Part shown: positions 1-10,090 of the stretch, one piece after another
Layout of the letters: each line of letters opens with the position of its first letter
Numbering within the stretch: position 1 is the first letter of the stretch
Assembly (NCBI GenBank): GCA_021780755.1
Contig: JAJXYF010000039.1
Span: 11,529 to 75,528, forward strand
Reading direction: 5' to 3'
From: Deltaproteobacteria bacterium
GTDB lineage: Bacteria; Desulfobacterota; Binatia; Binatales; Binataceae
Length of the DNA stretch: 64,000 nt
Position numbers and translations under genes: made by a program
The notes under the pieces: generated by a model
What the model saw: the letters and a program-made list of their open reading frames with translations, nothing else
Database searches by the model: none
What the model was told of the DNA's origin: nothing

Positions 1-84
1 GTCGGCGAGCATCGTGGTCGCCACCGGGCCCTGTTGCCATATCGTCCAATCGATGACCCGTATACCCTTTAATGGTGCGTCCAT
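1..84 (-). CDS. CaiB/BaiF family III CoA-transferase, N-terminal part (runs off window start)
   Basis: Manual translation MDAPLKGIRVIDWTIWQQGPVATTMLAD matches the family III CoA-transferase N-terminus (PLxGIRVID...GP...LAD). Confidence 0.85.
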   Translation of the reverse strand, partial: MDAPLKGIRVIDWTIWQQGPVATTMLAD

Positions 85-204
85 GGCGCCTCTATAACAC
101 AGAACGCGGAAAATTGACTAGATGGGCGGTACGGTCCCGAGACGCCGCGCGAACCCTACTTGAGTTTGGCGCCGCAACGCTTCATTTCTATTGATGACGC
201 GCCG

Positions 205-987
205 ATGTTGCATTACCTGATCAATTTCTTCTATCCGCCGCGATGTGCCGCGTGCGACGTACGCCTCGGCTCCGGCGCAATGCGCCGCCTGTGCGAGCAA
301 TGCCACGCAGCTATCGATCGGATGCCGGACGCGCTGTGCGAGATCTGCGGCATTCCGCTGGAAACCAATTGTTACGACGCGGATGGCACCGAGTGGTGCG
401 TAAAGTGCCGCAGCGCGCCGCCCCATTTCAGCCGCGCGCGCGCCGTCGTCCGTTATCGCCACGACGGCGGTGATCGCAATGACGCGGCTGATGGAGGTGA
501 CGGGTCCGCCGCGGCGCACCTCAGCGATGTCGTGCCTTCGATCATCCGACGGCACAAATACGGCCTCGATCAATCGCTCAGCCATGCGCTTGCGGAATGT
601 CTGGGCGACCAGTTGCCGCTCGGCGAGGCCGACTACGACGTGATTATTCCGGTGCCCTTGCACATCGGACGGCTGCGCTGGCGCGGCTTCAACCAGGCCG
701 CGATGCTCGCGGTCACCGTGGCGCGCCGGATCGATCGGCCGCTCGACTTGCGCACGCTGGTGCGGGTGCGCGACACGCCGCCGCAAACGCGGCAGAACCG
801 CGGCGAGCGCATCAAGAACCTCAAGCGCGCGTTCGCGGTGCGGCGCCCCGCGCGCATCGCCAGCCGCCGCATCCTGCTGATCGACGACGTGATGACGACC
901 GGCGCGACCGCCGACGAATGTGCGCGCACGTTACTCGCCGCGGGCGCCCGGCGCGTTGACGTCCTGACCCTGGCGCGCGCCGTATGA
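205..987 (+). CDS. comF: ComF family protein (double zinc ribbon + PRTase-like domain)
   Basis: PPRCAAC...LCEQC, CEICG, CVKC; VPLH..RLRWRGFNQA; ILLIDDVMTTGAT. ATG at 205 preferred over TTG at 160. Confidence 0.92.
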   Translation: MLHYLINFFYPPRCAACDVRLGSGAMRRLCEQCHAAIDRMPDALCEICGIPLETNCYDADGTEWCVKCRSAPPHFSRARAVVRYRHDGGDRNDAADGGDGSAAAHLSDVVPSIIRRHKYGLDQSLSHALAECLGDQLPLGEADYDVIIPVPLHIGRLRWRGFNQAAMLAVTVARRIDRPLDLRTLVRVRDTPPQTRQNRGERIKNLKRAFAVRRPARIASRRILLIDDVMTTGATADECARTLLAAGARRVDVLTLARAV

Positions 988-1565
988 ACCGCGAGCGCCG
1001 CGCCACCTGGGAGCAACGGCATCGCGAGGCCACGCGCGGCGAGCCCGAACCGTCGCTAATCGAGATGATGCCGCTGTTGCCGCCGGGGACCGTCCTCGAT
1101 ATCGCCGCCGGCACCGGCCGCAATTCGATAGCGCTCGCGCGCGCCGGTTGGCGCGTCGTCGCGGCTGATTTCTCCGTAACGGGACTGCGCGCGCTGGCTA
1201 GCATCGCAGATCGCGAGGACTTGAAAATTGTTGCGGTGGTTGCGGACCTCGAGGGAACGTTCCCCTTCCGCCCCAAGGCTTTCGACGTGATTCTTAACAT
1301 CAGCTATCTCGATCGTGCGCTTATTCCGCAGCTCAAGTCGGCGCTGCGTCCAGGCGGCGCGATTTTCTTCGATACCTTTCTGATCGATGAAGCCGATCAA
1401 GCGGGCCACGGGCATCTGCGCAACACACGCTTCACCCTCGATCACTATGAATTGCGCACGCTGCTCGACGGCCTCGAACTGCTTCGCTATCGCGAGGGTC
1501 TGGTGGTCTATCCGACCGGCAAACGCGCCTGGCGTGCGACCGCACTGGCGCGGCGCAGGAACTGA
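984..1565 (+). CDS. Class I SAM-dependent methyltransferase (TehB-like)
   Basis: VLDIAAGTGRNSIALARAGWRVVAADFS motif I; ATGA overlap with comF. Confidence 0.85.
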   Translation: MNRERRATWEQRHREATRGEPEPSLIEMMPLLPPGTVLDIAAGTGRNSIALARAGWRVVAADFSVTGLRALASIADREDLKIVAVVADLEGTFPFRPKAFDVILNISYLDRALIPQLKSALRPGGAIFFDTFLIDEADQAGHGHLRNTRFTLDHYELRTLLDGLELLRYREGLVVYPTGKRAWRATALARRRN

Positions 1566-1571
1566 ATCGCG

Positions 1572-2609
1572 ATGGCTGCGCGACTGACCTACAAATCCGC
1601 CGGCGTCGATATCGACCTGAAGGAGCGCCTGATTCCGCTCTTCGGCCGCCTCGCCGGCGCGACCCGTGGCGCGCAGGTGCTGGAGGGCATCGGCGGCTTC
1701 GGCGCGATCATCGGACTCGACGGCGCCCGGGGAATGAAGACACCGGTGCTGGTCGCGGGCACCGACGGCGTCGGGACCAAACTCAAAATTGCGTTTGCGA
1801 CGGGCCGCCACGACACCATCGGCATCGACTGCGTCGCGATGTGCGTCAATGACATCGTATGTCATAACGCACGGCCGCTTTTCTTCCTCGATTACATCGG
1901 CTGCGGCAAGCTCAACCAAAGACTCGCGCTGGCAATCGTAAAGGGTGTCGCCAAGGGTTGCGCGCAGGCTGGGATGGCGCTGGTCGGCGGCGAGACCGCG
2001 CAGATGCCCGGCCTTTACCGGCCCGGCGAATACGATCTGGCCGGCTTCGCGGTCGGTCTGGTCGATCGCTCCCGCATCCCGAATCCCGCGAAAATGCGCG
2101 CCGGCGATGCCGTCATCGGGCTCGCGTCGGTCGGTCTCCACTCCAACGGCTATTCGCTGGCACGGAAAGTTCTGATCGAGCGTGCGAAGCTTAAACTCAA
2201 CGCGCGCGTGGCAGAACTCGGCTGCGCGCTCGGCGACGAGTTGCTCCGCCCAACGCGCATTTACGTGAAGACCGCGCTGGAACTGTTCGATCGCTTCAAG
2301 ATCAAGGGTCTCGCCAATATCACCGGCGGCGGCATCATCGAGAATCTCCCGCGCGTGATGCCCAAGGATCTGCACGCTAACATCCGGCGTGGCTCATGGA
2401 CGGTTCCGCCGATCTTCGACCTCATCGGGCGGCTGGGCAAAATCGAACAATCCGAAATGGACCGCACGTTCAATAACGGACTCGGGATGGTTGCGATCGC
2501 GGCGCGCGATCAGGGCGAGGCCGTGGTGAAACATCTGCGCTCGCGCAAACAGCGCGCGTTCATCATCGGTGAACTCGTGCGCGGGCCGCGCGGCGTCACG
2601 ATCGCATGA
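1572..2609 (+). CDS. purM: Phosphoribosylformylglycinamidine cyclo-ligase
   Basis: YKSAGVDID, GTDGVGTKL, GIDCVAMCVND, GGETAQMPG, GLHSNGYSL, TFNNGLGM. Confidence 0.97.
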   Translation: MAARLTYKSAGVDIDLKERLIPLFGRLAGATRGAQVLEGIGGFGAIIGLDGARGMKTPVLVAGTDGVGTKLKIAFATGRHDTIGIDCVAMCVNDIVCHNARPLFFLDYIGCGKLNQRLALAIVKGVAKGCAQAGMALVGGETAQMPGLYRPGEYDLAGFAVGLVDRSRIPNPAKMRAGDAVIGLASVGLHSNGYSLARKVLIERAKLKLNARVAELGCALGDELLRPTRIYVKTALELFDRFKIKGLANITGGGIIENLPRVMPKDLHANIRRGSWTVPPIFDLIGRLGKIEQSEMDRTFNNGLGMVAIAARDQGEAVVKHLRSRKQRAFIIGELVRGPRGVTIA

Positions 2610-2616
2610 GCGTCCA

Positions 2617-3300
2617 ATGACCACCGCCGCGACCAATGCCCCGCCGCCAGTGAAACTCGGCGTGCTCATTTCGGGCGAAGGCACCAATCTGCAAGCCATC
2701 ATCGACGCGATCGATCGCGATGAACTCGAGGCCGAAATTCGCGTGGTGATCTCGAACAAGGCCGCCGCGGGCGGCCTCGAACGCGCCCGCCGTCACGCTA
2801 TTCCGGCCGAATTCATTGACCATCGCGGCTTTGCGTCGCGCGAGGATTTCGATCGCGCGATCGTGGCCTCACTGCACGCGCACGGCGTTGAACTGGTGGT
2901 CTGCGCCGGCTTCATGCGACTACTTTCGCCCGTAATGATCGCCGCGTTTCGCGATCGCATCATGAATATCCATCCGGCGCTCTGCCCCGCGTTCCCCGGC
3001 ATCGACGCGCAACGCCAGGCGCTCGACTATGGCGTGCGGTTCTCCGGATGCACGGTCTTTTTCGTTACCGAGGGCATCGATGACGGCCCCGTGATCGTGC
3101 AGGCGGTCGTCCCGGTCCACCAGGATGACGACGAAGCGACGCTTGCCGCGCGGATCCACGCCGAGGAGCATCGCATCTACCCGCACGCGATCCGCCTCTA
3201 CCAGCAGGGGCGCCTGGAAGTGCGCGGGCGCAGGGTTTACATTCGCGACGCGCCGCCCATCGGCGACCCCGCCGCCATCATCAACCCGCGCATCCCCTGA
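2617..3300 (+). CDS. purN: Phosphoribosylglycinamide formyltransferase
   Basis: VLISGEGTNLQAI, AGFMRLL, NIHPAL, DDGPVIVQ; follows purM. Confidence 0.96.
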   Translation: MTTAATNAPPPVKLGVLISGEGTNLQAIIDAIDRDELEAEIRVVISNKAAAGGLERARRHAIPAEFIDHRGFASREDFDRAIVASLHAHGVELVVCAGFMRLLSPVMIAAFRDRIMNIHPALCPAFPGIDAQRQALDYGVRFSGCTVFFVTEGIDDGPVIVQAVVPVHQDDDEATLAARIHAEEHRIYPHAIRLYQQGRLEVRGRRVYIRDAPPIGDPAAIINPRIP

Positions 3301-3301
3301 C

Positions 3302-3985
3302 TTGAAGCTCTCCGTCATCGTGCCGATGCTCAACGAGGAAGGCGCGATCGTCGCGACCCTCGACGCCCTTCGCATCGGTGCGCCGGCAGCCGAGCTAATC
3401 GTGGTTGACGGCGGCAGCACCGACCGCAGTATCGAAACCGCACGCCCACGATGCGACCGGCTGATCGAAGGCCCGCGCGGCCGCGCTCGTCAGATGAATG
3501 CCGGTGCGGCGGCGGCATCGCCCGGCGACGCGATCACCTTCGTGCATGCCGATACGGTCGTTCCGGTTACCTTTGCGCGTGACATCGAAGCGGCGCTCAA
3601 CGACCGACGCGTCGCAGGCGGCCGTTTCGACGTCGCATTCGACGTTCACACCCCCGCTCTCGAGCTGGTCGCCGCGATGATCAGTTTGCGCTCGCGAGCC
3701 TTCCGATCGGCCACCGGCGACCAGGCGATCTTCGTGCGCCGGGAAGTCTTCGAGCGGCTCGGCGGCTATGCCGATGTCGAGATCTGCGAGGATGTCGATT
3801 TCGCCCGCCGGATGCGCCGCACGGGCCCCGTCGCCTGCCTTCGTTCGCGCGTCATCACCTCGTCGCGCCGATGGCGCAGCGATGGCATCCTCCGCACCGT
3901 CCTGAAGATGTGGCTGATAAAGTCACTGTTCCTCGCCGGCGTCTCACCCGCGTGGCTCAAGCGCCATTACGCCGACACTCGTTAG
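3302..3985 (+). CDS. GT2 glycosyltransferase (TIGR04283-like)
   Basis: LSVIVPMLNEE, VVDGGSTD, GRARQMNAGA, FVHADT, GDQAIFVRR, TSSRRW; TTG start at 3302. Confidence 0.88.
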   Translation: MKLSVIVPMLNEEGAIVATLDALRIGAPAAELIVVDGGSTDRSIETARPRCDRLIEGPRGRARQMNAGAAAASPGDAITFVHADTVVPVTFARDIEAALNDRRVAGGRFDVAFDVHTPALELVAAMISLRSRAFRSATGDQAIFVRREVFERLGGYADVEICEDVDFARRMRRTGPVACLRSRVITSSRRWRSDGILRTVLKMWLIKSLFLAGVSPAWLKRHYADTR

Positions 3986-4041
3986 AGCGGGGGCTTGCGG
4001 CGCAATGCCGCGCACGGGAAAATAAAGACAAAAGGAATGCC

Positions 4042-4305
4042 GTGGCGAAAGTTCAAGTCTATACAACGACCTATTGCCCGTTCTGCACGCGCGCCAAGTC
4101 CCTGCTCAAGCATAAGGGTGTGGCCTTCGAGGAAATCGATGTCACCGATGACGACGAATTGCGGCAGAAAATGGTGCATCTGGCAGGCGGACGGCGTACC
4201 GTGCCTGAGATTTTTATCAACGACAAGATAATCGGCGGCTATGACGAACTTCGCGCGCTGGAAAGCAAGGGTGAACTCGACGCACTGCTTGCCGAACCTG
4301 GCTGA
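4042..4305 (+). CDS. grxC: Glutaredoxin 3
   Basis: YTTTYCPFC, RTVPEIFI, IGGYDEL; GTG start after AAGGA. Confidence 0.93.
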   Translation: MAKVQVYTTTYCPFCTRAKSLLKHKGVAFEEIDVTDDDELRQKMVHLAGGRRTVPEIFINDKIIGGYDELRALESKGELDALLAEPG

Positions 4306-4368
4306 TTCGCATCGGCACGCCAACTCGAACCTCAAAGGCGCATACGCCAACCAAACGGAATCCACGCA

Positions 4369-4650
4369 GTGAGCGACGAATACGACAGCGAGCGCTTTCC
4401 CGGGAATTTTTATTCCGGGCTGATTGTGATCCTTGATGCGGTCCGCGGCCGCGGTCTGGTACGCACCCGCAGCGGACGCGAGATTCCCTTCGAATTTCCC
4501 TTCGTGTCCGTGGTCGGCGCGCCCATCGGGGGACGCGCACCGGGTATCGAATTCCTTCGCGAGGGCGACAGTGTCGGCTTCGACGTTGGCTGGACCTCCA
4601 AGGGCCTGCGCATCACTTCGATCAAGCCGGCCGATCGCACCGGCGGGTGA
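4369..4650 (+). CDS. Small protein, cold-shock-domain-like
   Basis: G-x-I..RGRGLV..SGREIPF....LREGDSVGFDV..TSKG resembles the CSD strand pattern. Confidence 0.55.
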   Translation: MSDEYDSERFPGNFYSGLIVILDAVRGRGLVRTRSGREIPFEFPFVSVVGAPIGGRAPGIEFLREGDSVGFDVGWTSKGLRITSIKPADRTGG

Positions 4651-4757
4651 TTTTGCACGGGATTGCCGTTGCGCATACGCGACAGTTGCAATTTAGTCAG
4701 ATTCTCCGAGACGCACTTTCGCCGCATGTGGTATGCTTGCACTACTGAGCGGTTCGC

Positions 4758-6242
4758 CTATGTGCGGCTGAGGGTTCGTGAAACCGCCTCGCGCCATCCC
4801 GCCAGCAGGCGCTCCCGCTCGGCGCCCTTCATCCGTGGCCGAAACGCACGGTCGAGTCCGCGCAGCGCCTTGAGATCGCTGCCGGACCGCCACACACCCG
4901 TCGCGATGCCCGCCAGGATAGCGGCGCCCAGGACGGTCGTCTCCGCCATCGAGGGTCGCCGCACCGGACGCCCGAAAAGGTCGGCCTGAAACTGCATCAG
5001 GTAGTCGTTGGCCGCCGCACCGCCATCAACGCGCAACTCCGCGATTCGATTGCCGCTGTCCTGCTCCATCGCGACCAGCAGGTCGTGGACCTGGTAGACG
5101 ATACTGTCGAGCGTGGCGCGCACCAGGTCGGCTCGGGTGGTGCCGCGGGTGAGGCCGAAGATCGCGCCGCGCGCACCGCTATCCCAATACGGTGCGCCCA
5201 GACCGACGAACGCCGGCACGAAGTAAGGGGCGGTGCGGTCGGTACTGCGCATCGCGAGCGCGTGCGAATCGGATGACTTCGCAATCAGCTTGAGTTCGTC
5301 GCGCAGCCATTGCACCGCCGCTCCCGCGATGAAGACCGAGCCTTCCAACGCATAGGCGGATTCCCCTTTCGCGCCGAGCGCGACCGTACTGATCAGCCGA
5401 TGATGCGATCGCGGTCGCACCGCGCCGGTGTTCATAAGTAGAAAGGCGCCCGTGCCGTAAGTTACCTTCGCGTCGCCAACATCGACTCCGCCCTGCCCGA
5501 ACAGCGCCGCCTGCTGGTCGCCGATGCTCGCCGCGATCGGGATGGCGCGGTCGCCGAAGATGCCAGCGGCCGTCTCGGCCAGCGGCCCGCGCGAGGGCAC
5601 CGGCGTCGCCAGCATGGCGGGCGGCACGTCGAGCAATTCGAGCATCGCGGGATCCCATTGCAGACGCTCGAGGTTGAGCATCAGGGTGCGCGAGGCGTTG
5701 GTGAAATCGGTGACGAAGCTCGCGCCGCGCGACAGTTTGAAGATGAGCCAGGTGTCGATGGTGCCGAAGCAGAGCTCACCGCGACGCGCCCGCCGCCGCA
5801 ATACCGGTTGATCGTCGAGCAGCCATTTGAGCTTGGTGCCCGAGAAGTACGGATCGACCAGTAGCCCGGTCCGTTCGGTGACCTCGGCTTCACGGTCGCG
5901 CAGGCGGTCGCAGATGTCGGCGCCGCGCCGGCATTGCCACACGATCGCGCGATGCAGCGGACGGGCGGTCTTGCGTTCCCACACCACGAAAGTTTCGCGC
6001 TGGTTGGTAAGGCCGATCGCCGCGAGGTCACCGGCGCGCAGCCGGGCCTTGGCGATCGCCTCACGTCCGAGCTTGACGACAGATCGATAAATTTGTTCGG
6101 CGTCGTGCTCGACCCATCCGGGACGCGGGTAGAATTGCCGGACCTCGCCGTATGCGCGCGCGCGAATGCGCCCGCCCGCGTCGATCACCATCACGGTGGT
6201 ACCGGTCGTTCCCTGGTCGATCGCGAGCACGCATTGAGCCAT
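4758..6242 (-). CDS. glpK: Glycerol kinase
   Basis: AIDQGTTGT, GWVEHD, TNQRET, WQCRR, DPYFSGTK, GDQQAALFG, KVTYGTGAF, LRVDGG. Confidence 0.96.
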   Translation of the reverse strand: MAQCVLAIDQGTTGTTVMVIDAGGRIRARAYGEVRQFYPRPGWVEHDAEQIYRSVVKLGREAIAKARLRAGDLAAIGLTNQRETFVVWERKTARPLHRAIVWQCRRGADICDRLRDREAEVTERTGLLVDPYFSGTKLKWLLDDQPVLRRRARRGELCFGTIDTWLIFKLSRGASFVTDFTNASRTLMLNLERLQWDPAMLELLDVPPAMLATPVPSRGPLAETAAGIFGDRAIPIAASIGDQQAALFGQGGVDVGDAKVTYGTGAFLLMNTGAVRPRSHHRLISTVALGAKGESAYALEGSVFIAGAAVQWLRDELKLIAKSSDSHALAMRSTDRTAPYFVPAFVGLGAPYWDSGARGAIFGLTRGTTRADLVRATLDSIVYQVHDLLVAMEQDSGNRIAELRVDGGAAANDYLMQFQADLFGRPVRRPSMAETTVLGAAILAGIATGVWRSGSDLKALRGLDRAFRPRMKGAERERLLAGWREAVSRTLSRT

Positions 6243-6418
6243 CGCCGGAACCTCCGCGCCGCAACGTTAGGAGAGCGGCCCGCGACGCGCAAGCGGCGCG
6301 CGATAGCGGCTTGCCTAAACGACCTTGCGAAGCCATTATAGGCGCGCTATCGAGGCGCTAGTCCTTTGATGCAACCGGGAATTTCTTCAATTCCAATTGC
6401 GATCCGGGCGTGAGACTG

Positions 6419-7783
6419 ATGAGTGAGCCGCTTGAGAAAAAAGAGGAACTGATCCGCTATTTCAGCAGCGGCGCCAAGCCGCGTGATCAATGGCGGGTCG
6501 GCACCGAGTACGAAAAGGTGATGGTCTCCGTGCGCGACGGGCGCGCCCTGCCCTTTTCCGGACCGGCCGGCGTCGAGGAAATCATGCGCCGCCTGATCGA
6601 ACGCTATGGCTACGAAGCCGACGACGAGCACGGCCGCATCATCGCGCTCAAGGGCGAGCGTGCACCGATTACGATCGAGCCGGGCGGCCAGATCGAACTG
6701 TCCGGCGAGCAATGCGAAACGATCCATTGCGCCCATCTCGAATTCACGCGCCACGCCGCCCAATTGCTCGAAATCGGTCATCAGATCGGCGCCACGGTTC
6801 TGGGTCTTGGCATCCAGCCGGTGAGCCGCATCGACGAGATCGAACTGTTGCCGAAAGAGCGCTACCACATCATGTATCCGTACATGGCGCGCAAGGGGCG
6901 GCTCGGCCAGCGCATGATGAAGCAGACCGCCGGCGTCCAGGCAAATCTCGACTACCACGACGAGGCCGATGCCATTCGCAAGCTGCGCGTGAGCATGGGA
7001 ATGGTTCCGCTGCTCTATGCGACGTTCGCCAACTCTCCCATCTCTGACGGCGCGCTCAATGGCTTCCAGAGCTACCGCGGCCAAATCTGGGCGGATACCG
7101 ACAACGACCGCTGCGGCGTTCCCGCCTTCATCTTTCGCGATGACGCGGGCTTCGAGGACTACACCGAGTACGCACTCGACGTGCCGATGTATTTCCTCAT
7201 TCGCGACCATCGCTATATCAATCTGACGACGCCGCCCGGCATAACTTTTCGCCAATACATGGAGCGCGGCTGGAACGGACAGCGCGCTACGATCGAGGAC
7301 TGGTCGCATCATCTGACCACGATCTTCACCGAGGTCCGCCTCAAGAAATACGTCGAGGTGCGCACCGCGGACAGCCAGCCACCCGCGCTGATGCTGGCGC
7401 TGCCGGCGCTGCTCAAGGGAATTTTGTACGATGACGACTGCATGTCCGCGGCCTGGGACCTGGTCAAGCGGTGGAGCTACGACGAGCGCCTTCAATTGAC
7501 CGCGATGGCGAACAAGGCCGGACTCGAGGCGCGCGCCGGGCGCATCACGTTCAAGGAACTGGCACTGGAACTATTAAATATCGCAACTACCGGCCTGGTG
7601 CGCCTGAAAGCATTGAATGAACGGGGCGAGGATGAGAGCATTTATCTTGCCCGGCTGACCGATCTGGTGCGCAGCGGACATTCGCCGGCAAGCCTGGCGA
7701 TCGAGAACTGGAAGGGGCGTTGGAACTACGACGTGCGGCGGTTGGTCGAGGGAACCGCATACGAGGCCGAGGCGGCGTTTTGA
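6419..7783 (+). CDS. gshA: Glutamate--cysteine ligase (GCS2, plant/alphaproteobacterial type)
   Basis: VGTEYEK, IEPGGQIELSG, QANLDY, FANSP, DVPMYF, HLTTIFTEVRLKKYVEVRTAD. Confidence 0.9.
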   Translation: MSEPLEKKEELIRYFSSGAKPRDQWRVGTEYEKVMVSVRDGRALPFSGPAGVEEIMRRLIERYGYEADDEHGRIIALKGERAPITIEPGGQIELSGEQCETIHCAHLEFTRHAAQLLEIGHQIGATVLGLGIQPVSRIDEIELLPKERYHIMYPYMARKGRLGQRMMKQTAGVQANLDYHDEADAIRKLRVSMGMVPLLYATFANSPISDGALNGFQSYRGQIWADTDNDRCGVPAFIFRDDAGFEDYTEYALDVPMYFLIRDHRYINLTTPPGITFRQYMERGWNGQRATIEDWSHHLTTIFTEVRLKKYVEVRTADSQPPALMLALPALLKGILYDDDCMSAAWDLVKRWSYDERLQLTAMANKAGLEARAGRITFKELALELLNIATTGLVRLKALNERGEDESIYLARLTDLVRSGHSPASLAIENWKGRWNYDVRRLVEGTAYEAEAAF

Positions 7784-8719
7784 ATGACGCTTAATATCCC
7801 TGAACGCTATCTGGTCGCGATCAATATATTGATTGCGGCGCTGATAATTCCCTATTTCGCCGCGCGCACCGTCAGCGCAATGATCAAGCTGCACTACGCG
7901 GCAAATGTCGAGACACAACCGCTCAACGGCGCGCCAGACTCGGATGCGAACCTGGCCACGGTCCGCCCTCGCGCCATCTATAACATCATCAAGGAGCGCG
8001 ACGTCTTTAACATTGCGCCGGCGCCTGAGGTTTCGGCGCCGGTCGAAGAGCAGAACCTTAATGTCAAGCTGCTTGGCACCTCTCACCTCACCGGTGGCGC
8101 GCGCGACTTCGCGATCATCGAGGATGACGCGGGTAATGAGCAGCTTTACCGATTGGGCGAGACGATTCCGGATGTTGGACGGCTGGTGCAGATCGGCAGG
8201 AACCGCGCGATCATCATGCACAACGGCCATCGCGTGGCCATCGAGATACCCAAAGACAACCTCGGCGATGCCGGCGATGCCGGGGTTGCGCCACGCCGGG
8301 TGAGGCGCCCGCACGGACTGCGATCGCCGTTCATCCACAATCCGATGATTCGCAGGGGCCGGTCCACCGCCAAGGCCGGCGGCGTCCATCGGATCGCACC
8401 GCACAAATACCTCGTCGATCGCTCGACCGTTAACAGCGACATGCAAAACATGTCGCAACTGCTCACCCAGGTTCGCGCGCTGCCGGTGATTCAAAACGGC
8501 AGCACCGACGGCTTTCGCTTGAGCGAGATTCAGCCCGGCTCGCTGTTCGATCAACTCGGCCTGCAGGATGGCGACGTCCTGACCGCGATATCGGGTCAGC
8601 AGCTTACCGATCCCGCGCGCGCGATGCAGATGCTCTCGACCTTGCAAACCAGGTCCGATGTGTCGATCAACCTGCTTCGCAACGGCGCTCCTGTCCTGCT
8701 CAACTATACGATTCATTGA
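7784..8719 (+). CDS. gspC: Type II secretion system protein C (TM + HR + PDZ-like)
   Basis: N-terminal TM, KLLGT..FAIIED..EQLYRLGETI, C-terminal GFRLSEIQPGSLFDQLGLQDGDV. Confidence 0.85.
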   Translation: MTLNIPERYLVAINILIAALIIPYFAARTVSAMIKLHYAANVETQPLNGAPDSDANLATVRPRAIYNIIKERDVFNIAPAPEVSAPVEEQNLNVKLLGTSHLTGGARDFAIIEDDAGNEQLYRLGETIPDVGRLVQIGRNRAIIMHNGHRVAIEIPKDNLGDAGDAGVAPRRVRRPHGLRSPFIHNPMIRRGRSTAKAGGVHRIAPHKYLVDRSTVNSDMQNMSQLLTQVRALPVIQNGSTDGFRLSEIQPGSLFDQLGLQDGDVLTAISGQQLTDPARAMQMLSTLQTRSDVSINLLRNGAPVLLNYTIH

Positions 8720-8812
8720 TGGTCGTCATACCGGCGGCGTCGCGATGCGATAGCGATCGGTCGCGCGCGTCGAACCCGGCCGTGGCCGTGCGGAAATGAG
8801 GCGGAGGGGGCA

Positions 8813-10042
8813 ATGAATTCCCATCGAGTTATGAGCCGGCGCGCGTTCGTGCGCAGGGGAATCGCGTTTGCGGCGGGGGCCGTCTTTCCGCTTTTGCTCG
8901 CGGCGCAAACCGAAGCGCGCCGACGATCGTCGGTGCGCAAGACCGCCCCGACACAAGCTCCCCACGCCCACGATGCGAATCCGCTGACGGCGCCCTACGC
9001 CACCGCCTGTGCGATGGAGCCGACCACCGGGACCGTGATCTTCGACCATGACATGAACCGCCCATGGCCCACCGCGTCGCTCGCGAAAATGATGGTGATG
9101 CTGCTGGTCGCCAGGAAAATCGCCGACGGCAGCCTCAAGTTGACCGACAAGGTCACGACTTCCGCGGCGGCGACGCGAATGGGCGGGTCGCAAGTTTACC
9201 TCAAGGAAGGCGAGACCTTCACGCTCGAAGAGATGATGCAGGCGATCGTGGTGCATTCGGCCAACGACGCCACTTACGCGGTCGCCGAATATATCGCCGG
9301 GTCGGCCGACGCCTGCGTGCAAATGATGAATCAGGAAGCCGCCGCGCTCGGCCTGAAGAACACGCATTACTATTCGGTGCATGGGCTGCCGCCCGCCGCC
9401 GGCCAGCAGGCCGACGTTTCGAGCGCCTACGATCTTGCCGTGATCGCGCAAAAGCTCGTCGCCTATCCCGATATCATCCGTTGGTCCGCGATCGACACGA
9501 CCGGCTTTCGCAACGGCACTTTCCAGTTGCGCAACACCAATCATCTGGTGCGCACATTCCCCGGATGCGATGGCCTCAAGACCGGCTTTTACTATCGGGC
9601 GGGCTTCAACGTGGTCGCGACCGCCCGGCGCAGTGGCCTGCGCGTCATCGCCGTCGTTCTCGGCTCGCCGCGCAAGGAGGAAAACTTCGACGCGGCCGCC
9701 ACCATGATGTCGCAGGGCTTCCTCAATTACGAAATGCGTGAGATAGCAAAAAAGGGCTCGCCGATTGACCGGACGGTTGCCGTTAAGGGCGGCGCGATCA
9801 GCACGATCAAACCGGTCTGGGGCGCCGACGCGTCGGTGCTCGTCAAGCGGGACGACGCGAAGAACTCGTTTTCGATTGATTACAAGCTACCCGCCGCGAT
9901 CAGCGCGCCGATCAGCGCCGGACAAAAGATCGGCACCGCCAGGATTATCGTGCAAGGCAACCCCCAACAGTCGATTCCCATCCTCGCGGCCACCGCCGTC
10001 GCGCGCGGGAGCCTCTTCCAACGCCTGATGGGATACCTCTGA
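8813..10042 (+). CDS. dacA: D-alanyl-D-alanine carboxypeptidase (peptidase S11)
   Basis: SxxK (ASLAK), SAN, KTG motifs plus PBP5 C-terminal domain; Tat-like SRRAFV leader. Confidence 0.9.
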   Translation: MNSHRVMSRRAFVRRGIAFAAGAVFPLLLAAQTEARRRSSVRKTAPTQAPHAHDANPLTAPYATACAMEPTTGTVIFDHDMNRPWPTASLAKMMVMLLVARKIADGSLKLTDKVTTSAAATRMGGSQVYLKEGETFTLEEMMQAIVVHSANDATYAVAEYIAGSADACVQMMNQEAAALGLKNTHYYSVHGLPPAAGQQADVSSAYDLAVIAQKLVAYPDIIRWSAIDTTGFRNGTFQLRNTNHLVRTFPGCDGLKTGFYYRAGFNVVATARRSGLRVIAVVLGSPRKEENFDAAATMMSQGFLNYEMREIAKKGSPIDRTVAVKGGAISTIKPVWGADASVLVKRDDAKNSFSIDYKLPAAISAPISAGQKIGTARIIVQGNPQQSIPILAATAVARGSLFQRLMGYL

Positions 10043-10090
10043 TTGCGCGTGGGCTTTGCCCGCCCCGCCCGCGCGAGGCACAATTGAGCA

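Noticed and set aside
460-520. Asp/Gly-rich insertion in ComF (HDGGDRNDAADGGDGSAAAH)
   Set aside because: Short in-frame low-complexity loop with no intein or repeat hallmarks.
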